Source: Octopus vulgaris (lineage: Eukaryota). From it: DNA of 64,000 nt. The notes under the pieces are model-generated. The model was given only the letters and a program-made list of their open reading frames with translations, made no database searches and was not told where the DNA came from. Below are positions 1 through 12,440 of this stretch, in pieces; within the stretch, counting starts at the first letter, position 1, and the number at the start of each line of letters is the position of its first letter. The stretch lies in the NCBI GenBank assembly GCA_951406725.2, contig OX597840.1:22630001-22694000 (forward strand). The letters are read 5' to 3'. Position numbers and translations under genes: made by a program.

Positions 1-121
1 GTGTGTGTGTGAGCATTGTGAACATAGAGATGACTGAATTTTCATGTTCTGATTATCGCCTTGTTGAACATGCGAAAGGGCCTTTATCCGATCATATTTG
101 TCGTTAGGAAATATTTTTGCA

Positions 122-174
<53 letters not shown>

Positions 175-1126
175 TCACTCACAGAGTTAAATGCATCCTA
201 CCTTTAAAACCTTTATCAAAACCCGAGTGCACCTAAAAAGATCAGTTCCCGCACTTGTGGGGACCATACAAAGTCACAGTATGTCATACGGCAAGCCTTA
301 AAAGAGAGATGATGAAAAATGCTATATAGGTTTTGATATTATTTAACCCTAGGTAAGCACTGACCGATCTTCGCCGATGATCACAACCAACCATATCTTC
401 CCGTACTTTTTGTTTTTCGATTTCCACCGCATTTAAAACTACCTATACCACGTGACTCTTCTAAACACTATGCTACAATTCGAGGAAGATGTGGCAATCT
501 GTGCGTAGAAGCGCAGGTGGCTCCGTGCAGTAGACATATCATTAATTCCTTGGAAAGCTTCGAATGTATACGAAACAAGGACAGAAAACGGACGATGTTA
601 TACGAATATGAATACAAAAATAACACGAAATAACAATAATAATATATATATATGCGACAGGCTTCTTTTAGTTTCCATATACCAAATCCACCAGGCTATA
701 GTAAAGACAGTTGCACAAGGTACAGTGCAGTGGAACAGAAACCGGAACCATTTCGTCGGGAAGCAAATATTATACCACAGAGCCGCCTGCGCCTACACAC
801 AGATTGCAGCCACATCTTCCTCGAATTGTAGCATAGTGTTTAGAAGAGTCACGTGGTATAAGGTAGTTTTAAATGCAGTGAAATCGAAAAACAAAAAGTA
901 CGGGAAGATATGGTTGGTTGTGATCATCGGCGAGGTCGATCAGTACTTACCTAGGGTTAAATAATATCAAACCTATATAGCATTTTTCATCATCTCTCTT
1001 TTAAGCTGCCGTGTGTATGACATATGTGACTGGCATGTATGGTCTACACAAGTGCGGGAACTGATCTTTTTAGGTGCACTCGAATTTTGATAAAGGTTTT
1101 AAAAATGCATTTAACTCTGTGAGTGA

Positions 1127-1177
<51 letters not shown>

Positions 1178-1305
1178 TGCAAAAATATTTCCTAACGACA
1201 AATATGATCGGATAAAGGCCCTTTCGCATGTTCAACAAGGCGATAATCAGAACATGAAAATTCAGTCATCTCTATGTTCACAATGTACACACACACACAC
1301 ACACA
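1..1305. repeat. Long inverted repeat: arms ~1-508 and ~793-1305, spacer ~285 bp
   Basis: CATTGTGAACATAGAGATGACTGAATTTTCATG near base 14 is the reverse complement of ~1253-1285. CGAGGAAGATGTGGC (481) pairs with GCCACATCTTCCTCG (809). Arms are colinear with scattered small indels and substitutions. Confidence 0.95.
655..797 (-). mobile_element. Degenerate tRNA-derived SINE fragment
   Basis: Reverse complement of the SINE head at 13191 (GGCTTCTTTTAGTTTCC...ACCAAATCCA...GCGCCTAC). Confidence 0.7.
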
Positions 1306-1454
1306 GGCAAACACACACATAAAGCTGAAGATATAAGTATAGACACACATACATACATTATATATATGTATGCCCAAAATGCCACGCAGTCGGACTGAAC
1401 CCGGAACTCTATGGGTGGTAAGCGAGCTACTGACCTCACAGCCAGTCCTACGCC

Positions 1455-1515
1455 TATATAAATATATATATATATATATACATACATATATATAGATATA
1501 TACATACATATATAT

Positions 1516-1613
<98 letters not shown>
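1455..1613. repeat. (TA)n / (GATA)n microsatellite
   Basis: Directly visible. Confidence 0.95.
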
Positions 1614-1614
<1 letters not shown>

Positions 1615-3216
1615 TCATCATCATCATCGTTTAACGTCCGTTTTCCGCGCTAGCACGGGTTGGACGGTTCGACCGGGGTCTGGGAAGCTAGGGGCTGCAC
1701 CAGGCTCCAGTCTGATCTGGCAGTGTTTCTACAGCTGGATGCCCTTCCTAACGCCAACTATTCAGTGAGTGTAGTGAGTGCTTTTTACGTGCCACCTGCA
1801 CAGGTGCCAGGAGGGGGTCTGGCATCGGCTACGATTGGTTAGTGCTTTTAACGTGCTACCGGCACGGAAGCCAGCCGAGGCGGCGCTGGCATCGGCCACG
1901 TTCGGATGGTGCTTTTTATGTGCCACCGGCACAGAAGCCAGTCGAGGCGGCGCTGGCATCGGCCACGTTCGGATGATGCTTTTTATGTGCCACTGGCACA
2001 GGTATCACAACTACTATTTCCATTGATATTTGTTTCGATGTTCATGTACATGCACTTGACTCAACAGGTCTCCTCAAGCACAGCGAGATGTTCTGGGATC
2101 CAAGGTACTTTGAATGGGCAGGGGCTATGCGGAACTGGTGCCGGAAGCATCCCGGGTCTTTGCAGTCACAGCACATCTCCAGAGATCTCGGTCCTTCGCC
2201 ATTGCCTCAGTGAGGCCCAACGCTCTGAGGTCATGCTTGACAACCTCATCCCATGTCTTCCTGGGTCTACCTATCCCCCTGATTCCTTCAACTGTTTGGG
2301 AGCGGCACTTCTTCACACATCTCTCCTCATCCATCCACAGTACATGACCATACCATCGCAAGCGACGCTCTTGCACACCACATCTGATGCTTCTTATGTC
2401 CAGCATTTCTCTCAGGGTGCTTACACTCTGTCGTGCGTTCACACTGACATAACACATCCAGCGGATCATGCTAGCTTCATTTCTTTCAAGTCTACGCATG
2501 TCCTCTGCAGTCACGGCCCATGTTTCACTACCGTGAAGCATGGCAGTTCACACACACATGCATCATACAATCTACCTTTCACTCTGAGTGAGAGACCCTT
2601 TGTCGCCAGTAGGGGTAGGAGCTTTCTAAACTTTGTTCAGGCTATTCGTATTCTAGTGGTGACACTCTCTGAGCATCCACCTCCACTAACTAACTTGGTC
2701 ACCCAGGTAGCGGAAACTATCAACAACTTCTAGTTTCTTCCCCTGGAGTGTGATGGAATCTGTTTTCTGAGTATTTGTGGTGTCTATTGTCCCTGTGCAT
2801 CTGCCGCACATGAAAGCTATCTTATCAGTTAATTTCCCTTTGATGTTGCTGCACCTCTTATGCGTCCATAGCTTACACTGGGTGCATCTTATGGAGTTTC
2901 TACCTACACCTTTCCTACAGATCGAGCAGGGCCACCTGCCTGATGGGGTGTGTGCTGAGTTCGCCTTTCTGCTTACTATAACTTTGGTCTTTGCTACATT
3001 TACTCTAAGGCCTTTTGATTCTAACCCTTGTTTCCACACCCGAAATTTCTTTTCTAGTTCCGGTAGTGATTCTGCTATGAGAGGCAGGTCATCAGCATAG
3101 AGGAGCTCCCAGGGGCAACCTGTTTTGAATTCCTCTGTTATTGCCTGGAGGACTATGATGAATAAAAGGGGACTGAGGGCTGAGCCTTGGTGTACACCTA
3201 CTTCTACTCGGAATTC

Positions 3217-3220
<4 letters not shown>
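1614..3220 (-). mobile_element. RTE-clade LINE, 3' portion (RT C-terminal half, PHD-like insert, C-terminal domain, 3' UTR, (GAT)n tail); frameshifted
   Basis: Translation EEFRVEVGVHQGSALSPLLF...LLYADDL (RT motifs), then FRYLG and MLHGSETWA...RLRWYGHV...GRPRKTW typical of RTE ORF2. Stop at 2125; (ATC)n at 1614-1628 on +. Confidence 0.93.
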
Positions 3221-3254
<34 letters not shown>

Positions 3255-3454
3255 CATACATACATACATAGGGACAACAAAATACAAAAAAAATATGATG
3301 ACCTCGAAGACAGAATATTCTGGAATTGGTAACTTGATCTGTTAACACTTTTGAATTAATAAAGAGTCCAAAGTAAGAATGCTGTGTGTGTGTGTGGTAG
3401 GTTGTATGCATATATCTGATAATAGCGATAATGAGATACACACCTGTATACACA

Positions 3455-6380
3455 TACCAGACTACTAAACACCAAATAACACCAACATGAAATATGTATC
3501 CTCTGACCAAGTGGCAAACCAAAGAGGTAACTCTTTTTTACTGTCTTACCTAGAAAATATGAAGGCCGACCTAAGCCAGGATATCCAACGAGCTATCAGC
3601 AACCACCTATGCAAATCACAAGGACCACACACCCACTACCAACAAGAAAATCATACACACACAGCTCCATACAAGAACTACCCACATTGTTACCACTGAA
3701 CAACATAAAACACAACTTAGAACAAGGCAAACATCAAACTCCCCTTACCTCGACATTCCTGTTAAATGTACGTGGCATCAACCCATCAATTATTGCCCAA
3801 AAATGGAAGATCCCATAGATAGAGAGTTGGCTTGCCGAAACGGCACATTGCTTCCCTTTCTTTATCCTTACTGAGACTCACCTGAACAACACCCATATGG
3901 ACGCCGAGGTGAAAATAAAAGATTTCACCATTGTTCGTGTGGATCGCACAGACCGAAATAAGGGAGGGACAGCCATCTTTATCCATCTATGACTCCTTTT
4001 CACTTGATGCCAAGAATATATTTTCCAATGGCTATTGTGAATCTGTATCACTATTCAGCAAGGCCAAGGACATAATCATTGTTGGTCTTTACAGGCCTCC
4101 CCAAGCACCTCTAAAGTGCTTTGAAGAGTGCCTTAGTAAAGTCAAGTCCTTCCTTCGGAAGTACAACTCCGGAAACATACTAGTGGATGGGTGATTTTAA
4201 CCTCCCTTATGTGAACTGGCCCACAAATACTCTGAAGTTAGGCAAATGCTCTACATCAGATAGAGCAGCAGCAGAACTGCTCTTTAATCTAATGGATGAA
4301 TACTTCCTGACTCAGCTAGTGCTCGAACCAACGAGACAGAATAAAACGATCTTGGATCTGGTATTGACGAATCACTCTAGCTTCGTTCACAGTATTTCAG
4401 TTGAAAAAACTCTCCTCTCATACCACGACATGGTACTCTGCAATTTCAATTCCCGACATATAAAAACCAAACCAGCCAATCCCACTCCATGGCACTCATT
4501 TGACAACATAAACTTTCACAAAGCGGACTGGGGAGCAACCAGAAAGGATCTGTCTTGCATAGACTTATCTTTCACTCACAATTCCACCCATACTGAGACC
4601 GCATGGCAGCACTTTGAAAACATTGTCACCTATACAGAACAATACTGCTCTGTCTGATATTGACGCAAGAGAAGCGAACAAAGTTGACCCTCAACATAAA
4701 ATCTCAGACATAACCTTTTATTGCCACTGACATCACAGCAGCAATAAATGAGATCAAATACTACTCTGCTGTAGGCCCTGATAGATTCCCCGCTAGTCTC
4801 CTGAAGGAATGTAAATACCAACTTGCAGTCCCTCTGACCAACCTCTGGAGAAATTCGTTAGACGCAGGTTATATACCGAAACAGTTTCTATCCAAGTCAG
4901 TCATCCCGGTTTTCAAACAGGGAAACAGATCCCTCGCACTCAACTATCGCCCAATCTCACTCACCTCCCACATCATCAAAGTGTTTGAAATTGTGTTAAG
5001 ATCAAGGATAGCTGACTTCCTGGAGACCCACAAACTCCTAAATGCAAATCAGCATGGCTTTCGCTGTGGCAGGGACTGTCTAACACGGCTCTTACACCAC
5101 ATTGAAGATGTACTCAAAGCCTTGGGAACAGGTTCGAACTCTGATGTCATATATCTTGACTTCAGTGAAGCGTTCGACAGGGTAGACCATAATATCCTAC
5201 TCTCAAAATTGGCAAATGTTGGAATCCGTGGAAAAGTTCTACACTGGATCAAGTATTTCCTGGCGAATAAAACACATGTTGTAGTTGATGGAGTCCACTC
5301 AAGCCCAGCAAAAGTCACCAGCGGTGTCCCCCAGGGGACTGTCTTAGGTCCGCTACTCTTCATAATCTACATAAACGACCTTTCCAGTGTCGTACATTAC
5401 TGCAAAGTGAAAATATTTGCTGATGACACCAAGCTCCAGCAAATCGTCAATGAAGAAGCAGACCGAACTCAACTCCAGTCTGATCTATATGCTGTGAGTC
5501 AATGGGCAAACAGAAACAAAATGCAACTGAATGAGGGAAAATTTGAGCTGATGCATTTTGGAAGAAACTCCTCACTAAACCAACCATACTCTTCCTTCAG
5601 GGGAACCGCTCACAGCCTCTAACAATATCAGAGACCTGGGTGTAATTGTTGATGACGATCTCAGTTGGAGTGCACACATCAACAAGAAGGTCGATATAGC
5701 TCATAGGATGAGTTCCTGGATCTTAAGAACTTTCCAGTCCAGAGAACAAGGTGTCATCATACCACTTTTTTCCTCCTTTGTACGGCCACACCTTGAATAC
5801 TGCTGCCCACTGTGGTCTCCTCACACAAGACAAAACATCTCCAGGATTGAGTCACCCCAGAGGGCACTCACTAAACGAATTGAAGGCATGGCTGCTCTCG
5901 ATTATTGGGATCGCCTTAAAGCCTTGAAACTTTACTCCCTCCAGCGTCGCTGTGAGCGGTACATCATTTGTACGATGTGGAAAATATACCGCCAACTATG
6001 CCCAAACGACCTGAACATTAGCTTCAAGGTTCATCCAAGACTGGGACCACGGGCCATTCAAGATCACAGCATACATGTACACTACAACATAATTTCTTTT
6101 CCTCAACAGGCCCTGCCCTATTTAACATTGTCCCGAAAGAGATCAAAGAGCAACAGGATCCCATCAACTTTAAACGGAGTCTGGATAGATTCCTTCAAGG
6201 AATACCAGATAAGCCACCCATAATTGGATACAACTCACCCAACAAAAACTCACTACTTGAATGGACCATAAACAAAGCTTGACTTAAACAGGATTCAAAT
6301 AATCCTATCAGGTGGTGCTATTAAGTTAGACATGGCCTGGACCAATCTTTGGTCGAAACATATCTAAGTTTATCTAAGTT
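3455..6380 (+). mobile_element. Degenerate CR1/L2-like LINE (family A): APE endonuclease + RT, with stops, frameshifts and an internal deletion
   Basis: EN motifs LLNVRGI, ETHL, YRPP, GDFNLP, LDLVLTN, SYHD. RT motifs [41 protein letters not shown]-terminal RPHLEYCCPLWSP. Ends in (TATCTAAGTT)2. The 5' limit is approximate. Confidence 0.9.
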
Positions 6381-6654
6381 TATATACAAATATACAAACA
6401 TATATATACAAATCTATATACAAACACATACAAACATATATACAAATATATATACAAACATATATACAGACATATATATACAAATATATATATATACAAA
6501 CATATATATACAAATATATATATATACAAACATATATATATACAAACATATATACACAAACACATATATACAGACATATATACAAATATATATACAAACA
6601 TATATACACAAATATATATACAAATATATACATACAAATATATATACAAACATA
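6380..6654. repeat. Compound TA/CAAA minisatellite (ATATATACAAAC-like units)
   Basis: Directly visible. Confidence 0.9.
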
Positions 6655-7262
6655 TGACCCTCTCCGTAACCTTCATTACCTGATCCAACAGCTTGATACC
6701 TGTTTAATTATTTGTATCTAAAGCGTCACCTTTACTTTTGTAGTAGTTGACTATTATGCTGCTACACCAGTCATTGGGTATGACTCCTTCGTGTATCAAC
6801 TGGTTAACTATACAGGTGACCAGGCTATAACCAACACTGCCAGATATTTTGAGCATCTCTGCAGTAATTCCTGATGGGCCTGGGGCTTTTCCTGTCTTCA
6901 TACTTCTAATTACCTTATCTACCAAAGAACTGTCAACTCGGATAGCTGGTCCCTCAGTTGGGTCGACATTCGGCAGACTCCCTTTCTCCCATTCATTTTC
7001 TTTATTCAGCAACTTTTTCATAGTGGCGTCTCCAAACCTCTCTCTTTGCAGCCACACTTAGCGCAAGTGAACCATTATCCATGCGAACACATTTCTCTCC
7101 TACCACGTCACGATTCTCTCTCACACACTGTCTTGCAACACGAAATACCTCAAGTCTTTTGTCCTCACGGCGCAGAACATTGGCAAATGTTTTCTTATCT
7201 GCTTCTCCTCTGGCTAAATAAACCTGCCTCCTAGCTTCCCTTCTGGCAGTCTGACACACTTC
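6655..7262 (-). mobile_element. RTE LINE internal fragment (linker + RT N-terminus), same orientation as 1614-3220
   Basis: MKTGKAPGPSGITAEMLK...IPNDWCSSIIV...KGDAL...IKLLDQVMKVTERVI, the region just upstream of the RT core in RTE ORF2. Confidence 0.88.
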
Positions 7263-9079
7263 ACCCATATAGTTAATATGGACTTCTCAAAATCTACAAA
7301 AGTTAGGCCATAAACGAAATCAGTAACAAGTTAACTTCTATAGTCATAAATATTCCACACCCTAGAGATCTCCGAATGACCAATTATGACCGATCCAGGT
7401 ATGTAGGTACGGGGGGGGGGGCAATTGGGTGCTTAACACTTGCAAATCTGAAGTCGCTAAAGGTGCAATAAATTGAACTTCTTTTCATTTAGCAGTTAGT
7501 GATCTGCAAATGTGGGTATCTTAGAAATGGTTAAAGTGTTTGTTGTAGCTGTAATTGTTGCACACACACAAACGAATAAAAACACACAGACGCTCACACA
7601 CACATACACACACAAATAAAAACATTCACACAGACACAAAGACTGAAATGAAAATACCAAAACACACACAAATAAAAACAGTCCCACGCACACAAACACT
7701 GAAAAAAATACTCACACACTCACATACGCACAAACACACACAGAGAAGTGAAAATACACAGCTACATATTCACACACTCAAACACGCGGACAAATAGAGA
7801 AAAGAAAACAGTTACATACGCACACACTCGAAGACACAGAAAAGAAAACACTCACACAGACACATGCACAAACACACAGACATACACATATAGAAATGAA
7901 AAATACACAGTTACACATCCAAACTCTCACACTCACACACGCACAAACACACACAGAAATTAATGTAGTCACAAACAAACATACGCACCCACACACAGAA
8001 ATGAAAACGCAGTTACACAATCACACATAAACCCTAACCCTAACTAGCACAAACATACAAGTTATTCAGAATGTAAAGGGGCATTGGGTGCTTTGCACTC
8101 GCAGTTAGAATATCAGCTCCCTCCACGCCAGTATGAGAATTTCTTTCATCCACTTGTGAAATTAATACATTGTCGCCATATGAGAAAAATATGAGCAATA
8201 TCTGAAGTCACTAAAGGTGCAATAAATTGAACTTATTTTGATTTAGTACTTAGTGATCTCAAATGTGGGTATCTTAGAAATGGTCAAAGTGCTTGTTGCA
8301 TTTGTAAGTGTCGCACACACACAAACAAATAGAAACACTCAGTCGCTCACACACTCGCGCACACAGAAATAAAAACACTCTCACACACACACAAACAACC
8401 ACTGAAATGAAAATACCCATACTCACATAAATAAAAACTGTCCCACACACACAAGGAGCCCCAATAGGTATATCAAAAAAGTTTCTAGTATCTTTCCTAG
8501 CCCATAATTTATAATAATTGAAGTTCTTACAATAAATAAATGCCTACTAAATCAGTACATCGAAAATTAAGTCCCCGTAACTTTTCGGTTCTGCAAAAGA
8601 GACCTATACATTAAGTAATAGGCATACAAAGAATAATTCCTGGAGTTGATTTGCTTGACTAAAGGCGGTGCTCCACCATGGTCACAATGAAATAACTAAA
8701 AGAGTCTAACATGCAGGGAAATAACTCTAGAATATATTATTCAGACATGACACACACTGTTACGCTTTTCCTTGTTTAGTCATTTCACTGTGCCATGCTG
8801 GAGCACAGCATTTTCTAGAGCAAATCGACACTAGGACTTACTCTATGACAGTCTAGAATTTATTTGTTGGTCGTCTTTTCCCGAAGTTACTGGAGTGTAA
8901 AAATACCAGCATCGGTTGTCAAGCGGTTTTGGGGACACAGAAACATATATATAAATATATATCTAGTTTATATTTACTGTTGAGAAAACCGCGCGAGAGT
9001 GGTAGATTTGGAAAAGTTATAGCATATAGACTCGAGACATGGTTATTATCGCCTCGAGCCTATATGCTAGTCCTTCGCT

Positions 9080-9159
9080 TTCTGCTCAAGAGGCAACGCC
9101 AGTCGTAACTAAATTTGTTTTATTTACGAAAGATTGCCGAAACTATGCATAGTCCAGAA
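9080..9159 (+). ncRNA. Type I hammerhead ribozyme-like motif with mutated core (CTCAAGA)
   Basis: Stem I TTCTG/CAGAA; core CTCAAGA (9085-9091, consensus CUGANGA); stem II GGCAA/TTGCC with inner TCGTAA/TTACGA; GAAAC (9139-9143); palindromic stem III ACTATGCATAGT; GTC triplet at 9152-9154. Confidence 0.75.
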
Positions 9160-9358
9160 TGGATAGGGTAAACGTTTTTATTTCTCTTTCCATTTCAGAA
9201 TTACAATTATCACTGGTTTGGAGTTTAACTGCTCTCTCTAGTGAGTCGGATGTCCCATTATGGCCATCCCTTATATGTTTAAATATCTATATGTATATAC
9301 ATATATCTGTCAATATATACCTATGTCTCTCTCTCTCTCTCTCTCTCTCTTTCGCTCT

Positions 9359-9417
<59 letters not shown>

Positions 9418-9427
9418 CTGTCTATAT

Positions 9428-9590
9428 ACGACGGGCTACTTTCTGTTTCCGTGTACCAAATCTACTCAGAAACGTTGGTCTGTCCGAGGCTATATTGGAA
9501 GACACTTGCCCATGGAGCCACGTAGTTGGACTGAACCAGAAACACCGTGTTTGGAAAGCAAGCTACATACCACAGCCACTCTTACTGCTA
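9428..9590 (-). mobile_element. tRNA-derived SINE head fragment
   Basis: Reverse complement of the head of the 13191 SINE. Confidence 0.75.
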
Positions 9591-9777
9591 CATATATATA
9601 TATATATATATATACTACAAAATTAGAAAATGGAGAAACATACTTAAATCAATCAAACATCAACCATCAGATGATACCCAATCAATACTTTATTACACCA
9701 TTACATAACAGTAAAGGCATTATACAAAATATATTGTGAATATAATTAGACAAGGAAATAGAAATATAAAATATAAA

Positions 9778-9831
<54 letters not shown>

Positions 9832-10364
9832 ACAGTCTTCTTTTAGTTTCCGTCTCCCAAATCCACTCACAAGGCTTTGGTCGGCCCGGGACTATAGTAG
9901 AAGACATTTGCCCAACGTGCCACCCAGTGGGACAGAACTCAGAAACATTTGTTAGGTAAGCAAGCTAATTCCCATTCAGACACTACTGTTTGTTAACCGG
10001 ACAAGTTCAAGGTGAGCCCTAATTGTTTGTATGCAAATGAGTTCATTAATGGGGTCCGGAACTTTCGCGGCTGGGTCCCATAAGACAATGCATCCACCTT
10101 GGGTATAGGTGGACTGTGCTCACACACGCACAAACACCCACACATCCGCACTCACGAATATAGATACACGCAAAGACGCAATCTCGTACCTATTTATGTT
10201 TTAAATATGTTGACCTTAAAACTGTGACATTCTGAAAACACACGACCGCACTCATGCACATAGATACATGCATATACGCAAACTCGTAGCTATTTATGTT
10301 TTAAACATGTTGACCTTTAAACCATGACATTATGTGTCTGTTTGCGCGTGCATTTCTGTGAGAA

Positions 10365-10682
10365 TGGTTGCTCACGAACCGTAATGCGCTGAGTTCAAAC
10401 CAACAGCGTTGCACCTTTGGTAAGTGTATTCAACTATAGCCTAGGGCCGACCAAAGTATTCTGAGTGGAGTTAGTAGAGGGAAACTGAAAGAAGCCCGTC
10501 GTATATATGAATATCGGCGTAGGAATGGCTATGTTGTAAGTAGTTTGCTTGCGAACCACATGGTTTGGTGTTCACTCCCACTGCCTGTCATCTTATGCAA
10601 TTGTCAACTAATGTACCCCAGGGCCGACCTAATCATTGTGATTGGATTTAGTGGAGGGAAACTGAAAGAATCCCATCGTATA
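10365..10682 (+). mobile_element. Two tandem SINE head copies (pair duplicated at ~11181-11492)
   Basis: Both end in GGAAACTGAAAGAA(G/T)CCC(G/A)TCG and match the 13191 element. Confidence 0.75.
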
Positions 10683-10691
10683 TATGTTTAA

Positions 10692-10741
<50 letters not shown>

Positions 10742-11499
10742 TGTGTTTGTTCGCACTCGAAGGGCACACGAGAATGCACGCACGTACTATCACATATACA
10801 GATGCAAGTTTTCTTAATAAAACGGAAAGAACTCCCGTTCCATCCCTTACAGTTTCTTTTTTGTTTTAAACACTACATATACGTGCGTGGGTATATACAC
10901 GTATATCTGTATGTGTATGTCTGGGTGAAACAGACTTTCACGGTTGGGTCACATTAGCCGATGCGACCACCTTGGGTATGTGTGGACTGTGCTCACACAC
11001 GCACAAATACCCACACTTCCGCACTCATGCACATAGATACATGCAAAGCTATTTCATGTTTTAAATATGTTGACCTTAAAACCGTGACACTCTCAAGAAA
11101 TTGTATGAGCGTGTGGGTCAGCCAATATGTGTGCTTTCATCTCTCTGTCTGTTTGCGCTCGCGCATGTGTGTGAGAGTGTTTGCTCACCAACCTCAATGT
11201 GCTGGGTTCAATCCAACAGCGTGGCACCTTCGGCAAGTGTATTCAACTATACCCCCGGGCCGACCAATGTATTCTGAGTAGGGTTGGTAGAGAGAAACTG
11301 AAAGAAGACCGTCGTATATATGAATATCAGCGCACGAATGGCTATGTGGTAAATAGTTTGCTTACGAACCACATGGTTTCAGTTTCATTCCCACTGCCTC
11401 GCATCTTGTCCAATTGTCTTCTACAGTAGCCCCGGGCCGACCAAATCCTTGTGATTGGATTTGGTGGAAGGAAACTGAAAGAATCCCGTCGTATATGTT

Positions 11500-11536
<37 letters not shown>

Positions 11537-11962
11537 TCGCACTCGAATGGCACACGAGCAGCATGCACGCATGAACCATCAGACATACAGATGCAAGTTT
11601 TCTCAATGAAAGGGAAACAACTCCCGTTCTATCCCATACAGTTTCCGAGAGCTATGAGTAAAATTCCTTCCTTTAACTACTTTTAGTATTATATACTTGT
11701 AAGGAAGGCAACTCTCCATACATCGCTTAGAGCCTATTATTATTCAAACACTATTTACGTTTCCTAATGTTAAATTGTATTAGTATCAATTAACGGATGT
11801 AACTCTTGTCAAGTAAGGGATGTAGAGGGAGTTACTTTCCTTGGTTTGAGATTCATTTTTATATTTAAGTTTAAATGCCAAAGGGAGATGAAACTATGAG
11901 TTAGGGTTAGATGTGTGTATTTCCATTTCTGTGTGTGCGACTACGTGCTTTTATATACATGT

Positions 11963-12043
<81 letters not shown>

Positions 12044-12179
12044 GATACTAGAGCGCCGCCTTTAATCGATCACATCGTCCGCAGCACTTATTCTTTGTAA
12101 GCCTAGTATTTATTCTAACTTATTCTCTTTTGCCGAACCGCTAAAATACAGGGAGTAAAACACACCAGCATCGGTTAAA

Positions 12180-12440
12180 AACATCAACAACTACAGTCAA
12201 TCGAAGATAATGACCAAACTGTCTACTCTTATCCACCAGTTCCAACACGATTTAACAAAAAACCAGACAAATTGCTTGACTAGATTTCACTGCAAAGCCA
12301 GTAACATCTATGGACTTCCCAAAATCTACAAAAGTTAAGCCATAAACAAAACCTGTAACAAGTTAACTTCTATAGTCATAAATATTCCACACCCGAGAGA
12401 TCTCCGAATGAGGCCAATTATGGCCGATCCATGTATGTAC
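12180..12440 (+). pseudogene. Penelope-like RT N-terminal fragment inside the local array (partial copies at ~7270-7400 and ~13612-13710)
   Basis: Translation ...CLTRFHCKASNIYGLPKIYKS*...IPHPRDLRMRPIMADP resembles the YGLPKxHK...RPI motif of PLE RTs. Confidence 0.65.

Noticed and set aside
1778-1999. CRISPR-like look of palindromic repeats with variable spacers
   Set aside because: Spacers are homologous to each other, the array is part of an RTE 3' UTR found three times in the window, the context is eukaryotic and there are no cas genes.
1906-2733. 275-aa plus-strand ORF
   Set aside because: Antisense shadow of the RTE coding region and UTR repeats.
8029-8044. Telomere-like (TAACCC)n; also short hits at ~11900 and ~16820
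   Set aside because: Only 2-2.5 units, too short to call an interstitial telomeric array.
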